From: Welwitschia mirabilis
Lineage: Eukaryota
Direction of reading: 5' to 3'
Assembly: GCA_051453625.1 (NCBI GenBank)
Contig: JBOZIK010000001.1
Location: 19,296,501 to 19,360,500 of the forward strand
DNA: 64,000 nt
Shown: piece after piece, positions 11,259 to 22,802 of the stretch
How the letters are laid out: each line of letters opens with the position of its first letter
Numbering within the stretch: the stretch's first letter is position 1
Position numbers and translations under genes: made by a program
The notes under the pieces: generated by a model
Databases searched by the model: none
What the model was told of the DNA's origin: nothing
What the model saw: only the letters and a program-made list of their open reading frames with translations

Positions 11259-14200
11259 TAGATGCATTGCCCCTCCCTCGTGTGGCCTTAAGCTTTTTTC
11301 TATATGTTTGCGCCTCTTTATGTGCTTGAGGAGTCTCTTCCCTAACAACAGTAAATTGTTATGCATCCTGTTCTAGTTGTAAAAGCTCCTCCTCAGTGAA
11401 TAAATCATCATGGCTAGGAGTAATCATTGCACCCCTAGCCATCTCCTCCTCCTCCTCCTTGTCACTGTAATCATAGTCATCTGAATCATCATCAACATCC
11501 ATGCCCTCATATCCAACNNNNNNNNNNNNNNNNNNNNNNNNNNNNNNNNNNNNNNNNNNNNNNNNNNGTCATTTGGAGGTGCATCAAGAAGAGGCAAAGT
11601 AGGACAATCTTCCTTTGGAGGACATCCTACTTCCTTTGCTTCCCTCTGTGCATGTGCATGAGAAGTAGAAGCTCCATCAGTACTAGTTAAATGTACATGT
11701 GCATGTGGATCATCATCAACAGTGGCAAGAACCCAATCATAAATAGGCTTAGAAGCATGGACATTTTTGAAGTCCACATCATTATGCTTGTTGTCATTAA
11801 TGGCACTAGTAGCCCTCAAGATATCTTTTTGTATTAACTTTAGATTGTAATGAACAAATACAAGATTGTTTAACCTCTCTGNNNNNNNNNNNNNNNNNNN
11901 NNNNNNNNNNNNNNNNNNNNNNNNNNNNNNNNNNNNNNNNNNNNNNNNNNNNNNNNNNNNNNNNNNNNNNNNNNNNNNNNNATTTTTGAAGTCCACATCA
12001 TTATGCTTGTTGTCATTAATGGCACTAGTAGCCCTCAAGATATCTAACTTTAGATTGTAATGAACAAATACAAGATTGTTTAACCTCTCTGTAGTGAGCC
12101 TGTTATGTTTTTTAGAGTGAATGTGTTCAAATACACTCCAATTCCTTTCACAACCTACATCAACATGAAAATGCCAATAATTAATGACATCTAAAATTAC
12201 TCCAAAATGCACAAAAACACTTAATTGTATTAGAATACAATAAAATTGAATGTGCAAAATTGCAAAAATGCAGCCAACTGACCAAATGCATTGCAAGGTT
12301 GGGTAGATATTCTTATGGTTAGTTGTTGTAGATTTGAAACTTTTGTTCCAAAATGAAGGCACTAATCATCTAGAATGATAAACAATAAAATTAGAATCAT
12401 TGAAAGTTAGAGAAGAAGACTAGTAGTCTAGTACTCTACGGTACTAAAGCGAAAAATTACTAACTAAAAAGCAAAAGTATATCATGATAATTGTAAATTG
12501 TAAAGTTTACCAGGTATACATTCATTAACTCCTAATTCACTTAAGGCCATCATAAATGCTGGGCAATCTCTCTTCCTGTGTCTCCTTAGCTCATTTATAA
12601 CTTGTANNNNNNNNNNNNNNNNNNNNNNNNNNNNNNNNNNNNNNNNNNNNNNNNNNNNNNNNNNNNNNNNNNNNNNNNNNNNNNNNNNNNNNNNNNNNNN
12701 NNNNNNNNNNNNNNNNNNNNNNNNNNNNNNNNNNNNNNNNNNNNNNNNNNNNNNNNNNNNNNNNNNNNNNNNNNNNNNNNNNNNNNNNNNNNNNNNNNNT
12801 TGCTTGCTTGCAAGCATGTAAGTCTCAACTTGACTTTTGGCCTTCTCCATGGCATCATAAATAAATCCCATAGAAGGTCTCTCACTGTTTATGATACGTA
12901 ACACCTTCACTAAGGGATTAGTGATTTGTAGAAACAAAATCATCATCTCATTTATTATGTTAATGTGAAGAATTCAAAAAAATAGAGGTTGAAATTGGGA
13001 TTACTTACATGTACACTATTCTCCATATCACACCAAAAATGTGTTTCATCAAACACTACTCTTTTAGCAACCTTTGTTGAAGGAAGTTGTTTAATCTTGT
13101 TCAATTTTTCAGAATCCCTCCATTCTCCACTAATAAACATGTTCATCAAAGCACTTGTCCTTTCGGATAAGGAATCCAAGAGAATAAAATTGGTGGCAAA
13201 CCTTATTGTACAAGGCCTGATGAGTTCATTGCCATGTGAAAATTGCAAAAAGAAATGATGAACATGTTGGTGCAAGTAAATGAACTTGGAGATAATTTTT
13301 GCATGTCTCACAACCTGGAAAAAGGAAAGATGTTAATTACTAGTCCCATTGAGCCATAACGTAATAGGCCACAAAGCCACAACCACAACATTGATAATGT
13401 CATTATTGAAATTCACTAAAATTTTACCATGGTAATCCACTGAATTTTTCCTATGTCTTCACGAAGAAGGTGAAGGCAATGTGTAACATGGGGTGTCCAA
13501 TAAATTGTTGGACAAGAAGTCATTAGAATCCAACCAGCTACAACAAAGGAGGCGACATTATCTATGATAACCTAATTAACATTAATGTAAAATAATAGAT
13601 ATTAAAGAATGAAAATTATTCAATACAATTGAATTAACAATCATAAAATTCCAAGCTTGAAAAACTTACTTGAACTTCATTCTTTGCACCAGTGTCCTCA
13701 ATGCATTCTCTAATGACCCCAAACAAGTATTCAACATTTGTTACATGCTTTGATGCATCTATGCTTTTTAAAAAAATGATTCCAAATGCAAAGCCAACCA
13801 AAAAATTTAATAAAGTTTTACTTCTCTCATCTTTGCAACCATCACATATTAAACTACAACCCTTTTCTTGACATGTTGCACCGTGGTTTTGTAACATGCT
13901 GTCAGTGTCAGATTTAGCTTCATCAAGCCAGTTTGTTCTTGCTTTAGTATATATTGGGGGTTTGAAATCAGGCCCTGCTTTGTAAATTGCATTACACATT
14001 TCTTTTAACATGGCAATAGGACGAAAAGGATTAAGAGGCAACATGTGAAAATACTAAGATTTAGCCATTCTCTTCTTGGCATCATGCATCAGTTTTTTCA
14101 TTTGTGGAGTGTTCTGCAATGTCTGTTGAAGTAATGAAGGAGAAGATGAATTTCGCATTCCTCCACCACTGCGACTTTTGCTTGTTTGAGCACTTGCTTG

Positions 14201-14650
14201 GCTAGACATAAGATCTATTTGCTCTTTATCCCTTTTTCAAATCCGAGGAGGAGGGGCATAAAATGTCTTGGTATGGCTTGAAGTATTTGTACTTACGGAA
14301 GAAGATCTCCCACCTTGAAAATTCGAATGAGAGTGAAATTTTTTCTGGTCTCTCTTTGCAATCATTTCTTTTGCCTGCCTAGAAGCATGCCTTTTTTTAT
14401 CCTTCTTTGCTATCATTGCCATACAGTCTTGCCTGTTTTCGTCATTGATTTCACCTGTTGGATTAGGACATTTGCAAATATCATGCCCTGTAATGCCTGC
14501 AATATGATATTTCAATTGTGTAACTCCTCCAAAAACACTCATATCACAAAACCTACAAATGACTTTTGTTGCTTTTGTTTCAACAGTATACCACTACCAA
14601 GCTTTATCTTTAGAGCGAACCATCTTCAAGACTCAAGAGAAATGAATCCT
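11259..14650 (-). pseudogene. Intron-containing hAT transposase pseudogene (BED zinc finger, DUF659-type core, C-terminal dimerisation domain)
   Basis: VICRFCDMSVFGGVTQLKYHIAG..C BED finger; GCSLICDG..LLNFLV..GIIFLKSIDAS; ELIRPCTIRFATNF; PLVKVLRI..PSMGFIYDAMEKAK; CERNWSVFEHIHSKKHNRL..LNNLVFVHYNL. GT-AG introns near 13.67, 13.43, 13.01 and 12.51 kb. In-frame stops present. Confidence 0.93.
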
Positions 14651-15742
14651 GTAAATAGCATTAATAACAGAAAACGAAGAAAAGGTAAGGATTCAAAATT
14701 TTGCAAACGTAAAACTAGATAAATAATTCATTACTAGAAGGGATTGTCCATAAACTTTGACAATGACTTGCAATAAAAGAAGCATATTTACTTTCTAGAT
14801 TATGGATATTTAATCTAGAAAAAAGCAAGGAAAGCAATAATTAAAAAACATAGAAGGAAGATATCATAGATATCAATCTAGAAGAAAGATATGTTTCTTA
14901 AATATTTTCCATACATCTTTTACTAAATATTCAATATTGATCATTTATTTCCATTTAATTAATGTCTAATATACATAACTATTTGCTTGTTTGAGTTATT
15001 CAACATATAAACTTTTATCTATGAAAAACTGCTAAAAAACAAAGGACAAAAAATTTCACAACTCCCACTAGCAATATGCCATGATATAGGGAGGGTACAA
15101 CATGACTTGGCTCAAGAAGCATAAAAGCATGAAAGCACCAAAGCATGATGGGATCATCCTGTACAATAACACCATTAACTTGGCCTGAAGATTTAGGCTT
15201 GTTAAAGGAAACATCATCATGCATAAGCATTGGAAAGTTTCTCTTCGCTTTATTGCATTTCCAACAAATTTGTTGTTGCTTCTTTCTCTTCTATCTGCCT
15301 CCACCTACATCTAGTGCCTCCTATCCTAGATGAAGATTCACTAAACTCAGAACATTATTCATTCTTTCGTTTTGAGAATATGAGGAACATCATCATAGCT
15401 CGTGATTGTAAAGGTATGGATACTAATGGCTATCACCACATGGCCAACTTTTTGGTAAGGCAACCAACAAGATTAATGGTTGTTCATCACCCTTCTAACC
15501 TACTCCTTCTGGTTCTACCACTGCAAAATCAAGAATCCACAATGCAACAAGAGCAATGAAACACAATATTAGGTGAATTCTTGAATCCTTCAAGCTGACA
15601 TTGCATCTCCTTAAGAGATCTACACCAATCTCTGCATAGCACCACTAGAGCTCAAACAAGGTTTTTAATTAAAAAAAAATCTATTTGGACCTTTGTGTTA
15701 TCTTCTCCTTTATTCCATTGCTAACACCTAGGAATCTAAACT

Positions 15743-16283
15743 GTAGTTGTGAATTGTTGATTCAAATTACGATCTAGGGTGATTTGGATCTCAAATTGGA
15801 AAACAAAAGCTCTGAATCTTTTTTGGATCAGGATTCCCTTTGGATCTTGATTTGGGGGCTTTGTATCGTGATCCATGTTGATCTGCTTTGCACGAATTTG
15901 AAGTGATCCATGATGATTTGAAGAGATCTACAAATATCCATAGAGATCCGCAAGGACGTAGAGAGATTTGCTTTTTTTTTTCGAGGTTAAACCCAATATA
16001 CATAGAATATTTGATCATTTGGACATTCTCAAGTAGGTGTAAATTGAATGATAAGAAGGAATATTTTAAAAGTGTTAAACTTCTACGGAAATATTTTAAA
16101 AGTTCTAGTTTCTTTTTCCAATTAAAGACTAGATTGATTTCATTAAGTTTTAAATTCAGTCCTAAGGTTTTTCTATGTTTATGATCTATAACAATTCGCA
16201 AAATGTGCATGAGCAATATGGCAATCCAGAATCTCCAAATTGTAAAAATGATTTGCGATCTGATCCACATTTTACAACTTTGA
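15743..16283. mobile_element. Probable MITE with GATCC-rich subterminal repeats
   Basis: GGATC/GATCC motifs cluster at both ends around an AT-rich core. Right end ...GATCTGATCCACATTTTACAACTTTG. No clear TSD. Confidence 0.45.
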
Positions 16284-16299
16284 TCCAAAATTAGCCTTC

Positions 16300-16620
16300 C
16301 GAAACTAATAACGAAAGTGGTGAAGCATAAAACAAGAAAAAGAAAAACAAGACAACCACAAGATACACATATTTACCTTGTGAAACCCTAGAGAGGGAAA
16401 CATGCAGAAGAGAGGGAAGAGCTCTTATCCTAGTTGTTGTCACCATACAACGTGTAAGTGTCCAAACCCGTTAAATAAGGTTAGAGTTTTAACCCATGCC
16501 AAGCTTAAGAACTCTAAATCTCTTTACTCACGAGTCTTGCCATAAACATTTGATTACAACACAAAAATGAACTATGAATGCAAATCCACCTTTACAACAT
16601 TACAACATAACATGAAAACT
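16300..16620 (-). mobile_element. Copia-type LTR remnant
   Basis: ACAAGATACACATATTTACCTTGTGAAACCCTAGAGAGGGAAAC resembles the reverse of a typical Copia U5 region. Confidence 0.4.
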
Positions 16621-18152
16621 AACTCGAGATTTGGCTTCACACACTAGCATGCTTTTTTATTTTCTAATAAAAATTCAAAATATTATCTGCATTAGTGGGG
16701 CTTCTTGATTTTACAGCTTATGACAACTAGTTCAACCCACATATTGGAAAAGAGAGCAGTCCTAATAACAACTTTTTAACATGTTGGAAGTAACAACAAA
16801 TAACAACTCATAATAACATCTACCATTGGGACTCCTGTTATGTGTTTATGCTTATTGAAAAATGAGAATGTATGTAATAGCTAATCGGAGTTTAGTTAAA
16901 GTTACAACCTACATGAATAAACTACCTTATATAACAAATCAACGAATTCAAGATTTAAGACATGAGTCTCACCTGAAAATTGGGAGCAAGTGAGGCAATG
17001 AAGTAGCAATATTTTAAGAAAAGATTTAAAAGTACATCGAGAAGTGTTTCAATGATGAGCAAGAAAAAGTCTACACCCTACTCAAGTACTTAGAAGTTGA
17101 AGTGAAATTGTGCACTAACTCTCTAAATCTGATTGATTCAAAAGATCTGAACAAGGCTTAAACTAGGTCTAGCTTGTGACATGTCCCAGTTTTTTTTGTG
17201 GGACGTCCGACTGTCATCAGCTCCTTATGAAGGGCTGACTATGGCTTGGGATGTCCTAGGTTTTGTATGAGATGTCTGAGATGAGGCTGGGACGTCCTAT
17301 CTTTTCTATTGGATGTTCGGGTTGCACAGGATGGAAATTTGCCATGAGGCTAGGATGTCTGGGATATTTAGTGGGATGTTCGGGAAGCGGAGTAAGGTGA
17401 ATGTTGGAGTAGAAATCCATTGCCGAAAGCGAGAAAGTTATTTCATTTAAAGTTCATCTACCTCCAACGGCTAGAAGTTTTTTACCTGAAGGCACACAGT
17501 TCAAGGCTACTTATTTTTTCTTCCATGATTTATGTATATTGTTTCCTTGTCCTGGTATAAATAGTTCGTAATCTTGTTGTAAAATGAGATAGTGAAAAAG
17601 AGATTCTCAAGCACCAATATTGGCATTCAATCCTGTCTGTCCTATATTCTGATCTAACCTAAGCATATTCTTGCCCATTCATTGTACCTCACGCTGATGT
17701 CAAGTGCAAGGAAGGCACGCCCTGATCAAAGCCTCTATTGAAGTCTTCTCTCTGAGCGCTGGGATAGAGCACTGGCAATATGTTGTACTGAATGAACCTT
17801 GGGTGAAGGGTTAGCTTGCTTTGTAAATTTGTGTGAAGCTGAAGGAACCAAAAGGCTGAAGGCTTTTTGTTGCCCCCTAAGAGGGGAGTAGGCTAGACAG
17901 CTGAACCACTATAAAAATCGCTAGTGCACTATTTATTATTTTGTGCTTCCGTTTTCCTTATTAAGTTTTAATATGATTCCCTTGTTAAATATAGATTCAA
18001 GTAGTTGTAAGCACAATTTAAGTTAAAAGTTTCTTTTTTAAAAGAAACCCTATTCATCCCCCCTCTAGGGTGATCCGCAATCCTAACAATTGATATCAGA
18101 GCCTAGGCGCTCTAGATTAGGGTTTTTATTGTGTTTGCAAGTGTTCTTAAAG

Positions 18153-21060
18153 ATGGCATCCACAAGTTACATAGAAGAATAATCCATCTCTAGGCCCCTC
18201 TTGTTTTCTGCCTTGAACTAGGCCTATTGGAAAACAAAAATGGCTACCTTCATGCAGTCTGTGGATTGTGATATCTAGGAAATGGTAGTGTTTGGTTACA
18301 CTCCTCCCACCAAGGAAGTCAATGGAAAACATGTTTCAAACCTTAGAAGTGAGTGCGATCCTGATGAAAAGAGAGATGCTCAAGTGAATGCTAAGGCTAT
18401 GAATGCATTAATATGTGCCTTGTCTTCTGAAGAATATAATTAAATAGTTCAATGAACAATAACTCAGGAGATTTGGGAGATCTTGAGGCTTGCTCATGAA
18501 GGGACCAATGTGGTCAAGAATGCTAAACTTCAAGTGTTAACCACTCAATTTGAAAATATTCAAATGGAAGATTCAGAAATTGTGGTAGAGTACACATCCA
18601 AATAAATGACATTGTGAATCGCATGTGGGGATTGGGAGAAGAAGTATTGTAGAACATAGTTGTTAGAAAAATTCTCAAAAACCTCATAAAGAAATTTTTG
18701 TCCAAAGTCACTGCCATAGAGGAAAGTAAAGATATTGACAAGATCCGGGTAGAAGAGCACAAAGGGTCTCTTATAGCAATTGAGTTATCCTTACAAACAT
18801 AGGAAGGGCCTCCCAAAAGGAAGAATATTGCTTTGAAAGCCTGTTTCGAGAATAAAGAAGCCAATCAATCTAGTGAAGATTTGGAGGATGATGACGTGGC
18901 ACTCTTGGCTAAAAATTGTAAAAGATTCCTTGGGAAAAAAGGAGGAAGAACTTCAAGACAATCATCTAAATGCGGTATGGACAAAGATAAGAATCCCTCT
19001 CTTTCTATTCAATGTGATGAATATAAGGGATATAGTTACATTGCCTCCGAATGTGCTAACACAAGGAACAAAAAGTCGAACAAGAGCAAAGGGGAAAAGG
19101 CATGGAAATCTACTTGGGATGATGAAGTTATTGGGTCCCAATCAAGCAAAGATGATGAACCACTCAGCTTTGGTTTAATCTCACTAACCTAAGAGGTTTA
19201 TGACACAATAGATTTTGGGTTTATTGCTAATGAAGAAGAGATTCTCAGTTTGAGGAAGATGTCTTAGTCGAAGCTTATGCAAAACTATATAATTTAAGTA
19301 TTGAACTTGGGGAGAAAAACCTTCTTCTGAATAAATAGGTAACTGAGCTAGAGATCAGGAAGAAAGATCCATCAGACAAGATCGAGACCCTTTTCAAAGA
19401 ATTAGGTCAAGCAAATAGAATTGTTGAACGTCTTGCCAAGGGAAAAGAGAATCTCGACATATTATTGGGAATAGGTAGGAGGCCATATGAGAAGTCTGGA
19501 ATTAGAACATCTTCTGGTATGTTTGCTACTCTCAATTTTGTTGGCTCAAACATTTACTATTGTTCTTGTAGAAGTACTAGTCTTAAATGCTTCTATTGCC
19601 AAGAGTATGACCATATTTAGTTTTCTTGTTCAATAATCTTAGATTTCAAAGCAAAACTGCAAATGTTCGTCCAAAGCCTAAGACAAGGAAGAGCAACTGG
19701 CAATGGGTAAGAAAGGATTCTCTGAAATCCCTATGTGCTCGTATTGCTTTTAATGTTCAAATGAGCATAAAATGGTATCTGGATAGTGGTTGTTCCTGGC
19801 ACATGACTGGGGACAAAAACCTATTTGCATCATTCTAAGAATAGGATGGAGGAGAAGTAACTTTTGCTGACAACAACAAAGGACATATTGTTGGTAAGGG
19901 ACCCACAACCGACAATGAACATCATCTAGTAATTCATGATGTTTATCTTATGAATGGTGTTAGACATAATCATTTGAGTATTTCGCAAGATTGTAATCGA
20001 GGTAATGTAGTTTCCTTCTATAAAGATAAATGTGTGATTAAAAATGCTTCTACTAATAATGTCGTTCAAACAAGTAATAGGTCCAAGTGCATGTATGTAA
20101 TTGGTGACAAAGACAAGGGTAGTGAAGGATGTTTTATAGTGCAGGCAGAAGAGGTGGACCTTTGGCATAGGAGAGTAGGCCGCATGAACTTCAAAGACCT
20201 TAGGACTATCAACTTATATAAGATTGTTTATGGTATTCCAAAGTTGAAAGTGTAGCAAGCTAAGGTATGTGATTCTTGCTTAAAAGGTAAAACCACAAGA
20301 CCAAGCTTTAAACCCAAAAGGAATATAAATTCTAGTAAACCTCTTGTTCTTATTCATATGGTTTTGCTTGGGCCAACACAGTCAAGAAGCATAGGAGGTA
20401 AGAGATATTTTCTTGTGGTGGTAGATGATTTTTTTGAGCAAGGATTGGACATTTGACATTTTTGTTTAGGTGTGCAAGAGGATTTAGAATGAGAAAGGGT
20501 ACACCATAAAACGCATACAGTCTGATCATGGTGGTGAGTTTGAAAATGAGAAATTTGAGAATTTCTGTGTAGCAATGGAATTCATCATCAGTTCTTGGCT
20601 CCTCGAACCCCTCAGCAAAATGGTGTAGCTGAGTGTAAAAACAAAGTTTTGATTGAGAGGGCAAGAACAATGCTAAATGAGCATTCTCGACCTCAACGCT
20701 TTTGGGCTGAAGCAGTCAGTACAACTTGCTATGTTAGCAACATAATTTTTCTAAGATCTGGCCTAAAACAAACGACATACAGGCTATGGTTTGGTAAGAA
20801 GCACAATTTAAGTTATTTCAAAGTTTTTGAAAGTAAGTGTTTGATACCCAAAGACAAAGGTTAGATAGGAAACTTTGAATCTAAATCTGCTGGTAAAGGC
20901 ATATAGAGTTTATAATAAAGCTTCCTATAAAGTTGAGGAGACATCCTATGTAAGGGTTGAAGGAAGTAATTCAACCAATGTAGGGACAAAAAAGACGAAT
21001 GAGGGCATTTGTATTCCCTCCATCTCTCAAATTGCTACTGAAGCTCAAGCCTCTACCTCA
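18153..21060 (+). pseudogene. SIRE gag-protease-integrase pseudogene
   Basis: Zinc-knuckle-like IQCDEYKGYSYIASEC, WYLDSGCSWHMTG, LWHRRVGRMNF, APRTPQQNGVAECKN..ARTML..FWAEAVSTTCY. Confidence 0.95.
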
Positions 21061-21062
21061 AG

Positions 21063-22802
21063 AGAGAATCAGAAGTTGATAGCTTATTCACTCTACTCCC
21101 CTTGAATCTGTGCTCTCTCTCTCAAGCATAAGATGCGTTCCAAGATTGGTCAACACATCTATTGATTGATTTCACAACCCTTTTTAACATTTTACTTCCA
21201 TGGATATGCTGCAATACAGTTCAACACACAAAATTCCTATACTACAATACTATGTTAGTTTTCATTTAGATTCACCCTTCCATTAAACACTACTTTAAGC
21301 CGATGGATACGAGTCTATTAGAATTTGACAAGCAAACATTAAAATAAAATAATATACGAGACTGATCATTGCATGATACGAGACTGATATAGAATCAAGT
21401 TAAGATACATTCTCTTCCCCTTTGTCATCGTTGTAAAAAACATCAAATTGCATAGATAGATCATTGCCAAAAAAAGGGGGAAAAAAGACACATATTATAG
21501 CAATCTATTAAATTCAAAATTTGCTTGTACAAACTGATCATTGGACATCATTTTAGGTAAGTTTGATAAGCTAGGCAAAATGTCATATACAAACTTCAAG
21601 AAAACGCAGAAGAAATAAATGAAAACAAAAGGACGATGAGATGGTAAACTAGGGAGAGGAGGTAGTTGCTGTCTCTTCTTCTTCTTCCTCTTCCAAAGTG
21701 AGCGAAAGGTTCTTACAACTTTGTTCCAAAAATTAGGGCACAAAGATGAAGTTTGTCCAATGTATGCCTACATAATGTACTGCTTGGTTGCTAGAGTTCA
21801 CATTAATCTGAGTCAATACATCATGTACTACATCTGACAGTTTTTTGTGGCTTCCAATGCTAATCTCCCTTTTGGTGGATGACTCACTATAGTCTTGGAG
21901 GATAAAGGTATTCAGCTGGAATCAGATCTAGAATTTGTTAAAATTCCTAAGCCTTTGACAGTTTCATCTCTTAAAAAATGAATATCTTTTTTGAGGAGGA
22001 ACAACCTTATCCACCTTCTGCTCCAGCCAAACGCAGGCATACAGAAGAAGATTCCAGCCCCACCTCAGATACCTCAGCCTTGCTTCAAATGATTGAAGAG
22101 ACTTTGAACAAAATGAGCAAAAGATTAGATAAACTCATCTTTCGACTAGCAGCTCATGGTTTTGACATTCTGCTCACTTCAAAAGAGGAAGAAGAAGAAG
22201 AGATAGTAGCTCCCTCCTCCCCCAGTTATATCATCTTATCTTCCTTTTGTTTCCATCTGTTTCTCCTGCATTTTCTTGAAGCTTGTATATGATGTTTTGC
22301 CTAGCTTCTCAAACGTATCTAAAGTGATGTCCAATGATCAGTTTGTCCAAGCACATTTTGATTTTAATAGACTGCTATAAGAGGCTTTTTTTGTGGTGAT
22401 CTATCTATACAATTTGATATTTTTTTAAATGATGACAAAGGGAGAGAATACATATCTTAACTTGATTATATATCAGTCTCATATCATTCAATGATCAGTT
22501 TTGTATATTAGTTTAGTTTAATGTTTGCTTGTCATTTGTCAAATTCTAATACGCTTGTATTCATTGGCTTAAACTAGTGTTTAATCAAAGGGTGAATCTA
22601 AATGGACACTAACATAGTGTTGTAGTATAGGAATTTCGAGTGTTGACTTGTAGTGCAGGATATCGATGGAAGTAAAATCTCAAAAAGGGTTGTGAAATTA
22701 ATCGATGCATATGTTGACCAATCTTTGAACACATCTTACACCTGAGAGAGAGCACAAATTCATGGGGAGTAGAGTAAACAAGCCATCAACTTCTGATTCT
22801 CT
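21063..22802. repeat. Long imperfect inverted repeat: arms 21063-21703 and 22172-22802, loop ~470 bp
   Basis: AGAGAATCAGAAGTTGAT pairs with ATCAACTTCTGATTCTCT; CTATGTTAG..ATTTAGATTCACCCTT pairs with AAGGGTGAATCTAAAT..CTAACATAG. Complementarity is colinear along the arms. Confidence 0.92.
21704..22230 (+). pseudogene. C-terminal part of the SIRE extra (env-like) ORF
   Basis: LVPKLGHKDEVCPMYAYIMYCLVARVHINLSQYIM..LPFGG*LTIVLEDKGI matches the 50.8-51.1 kb copy. Confidence 0.7.

Larger units (their letters stand above)
7620..14650 (-). mobile_element. hAT DNA transposon (3' TIR at 7620), interrupted by a SIRE LTR element; 5' end not located
   Basis: Terminus TGATGATGAAAATGTCGGCAA with ATGTCGG subterminal motifs truncates the Copia at 7619. 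A transposase pseudogene lies upstream on the minus strand. Confidence 0.75.

Noticed and set aside
11762-12091. Apparent duplication of the hAT dimerisation motif
   Set aside because: Near-identical copies flank a ~100-N gap and differ by a small indel; likely unmerged haplotypes or an assembly artefact.
15015-15650. Cluster of short ORFs upstream of the hAT transposase
   Set aside because: No recognisable motif or consistent frame; the matching hAT 5' TIR and TSD could not be found.
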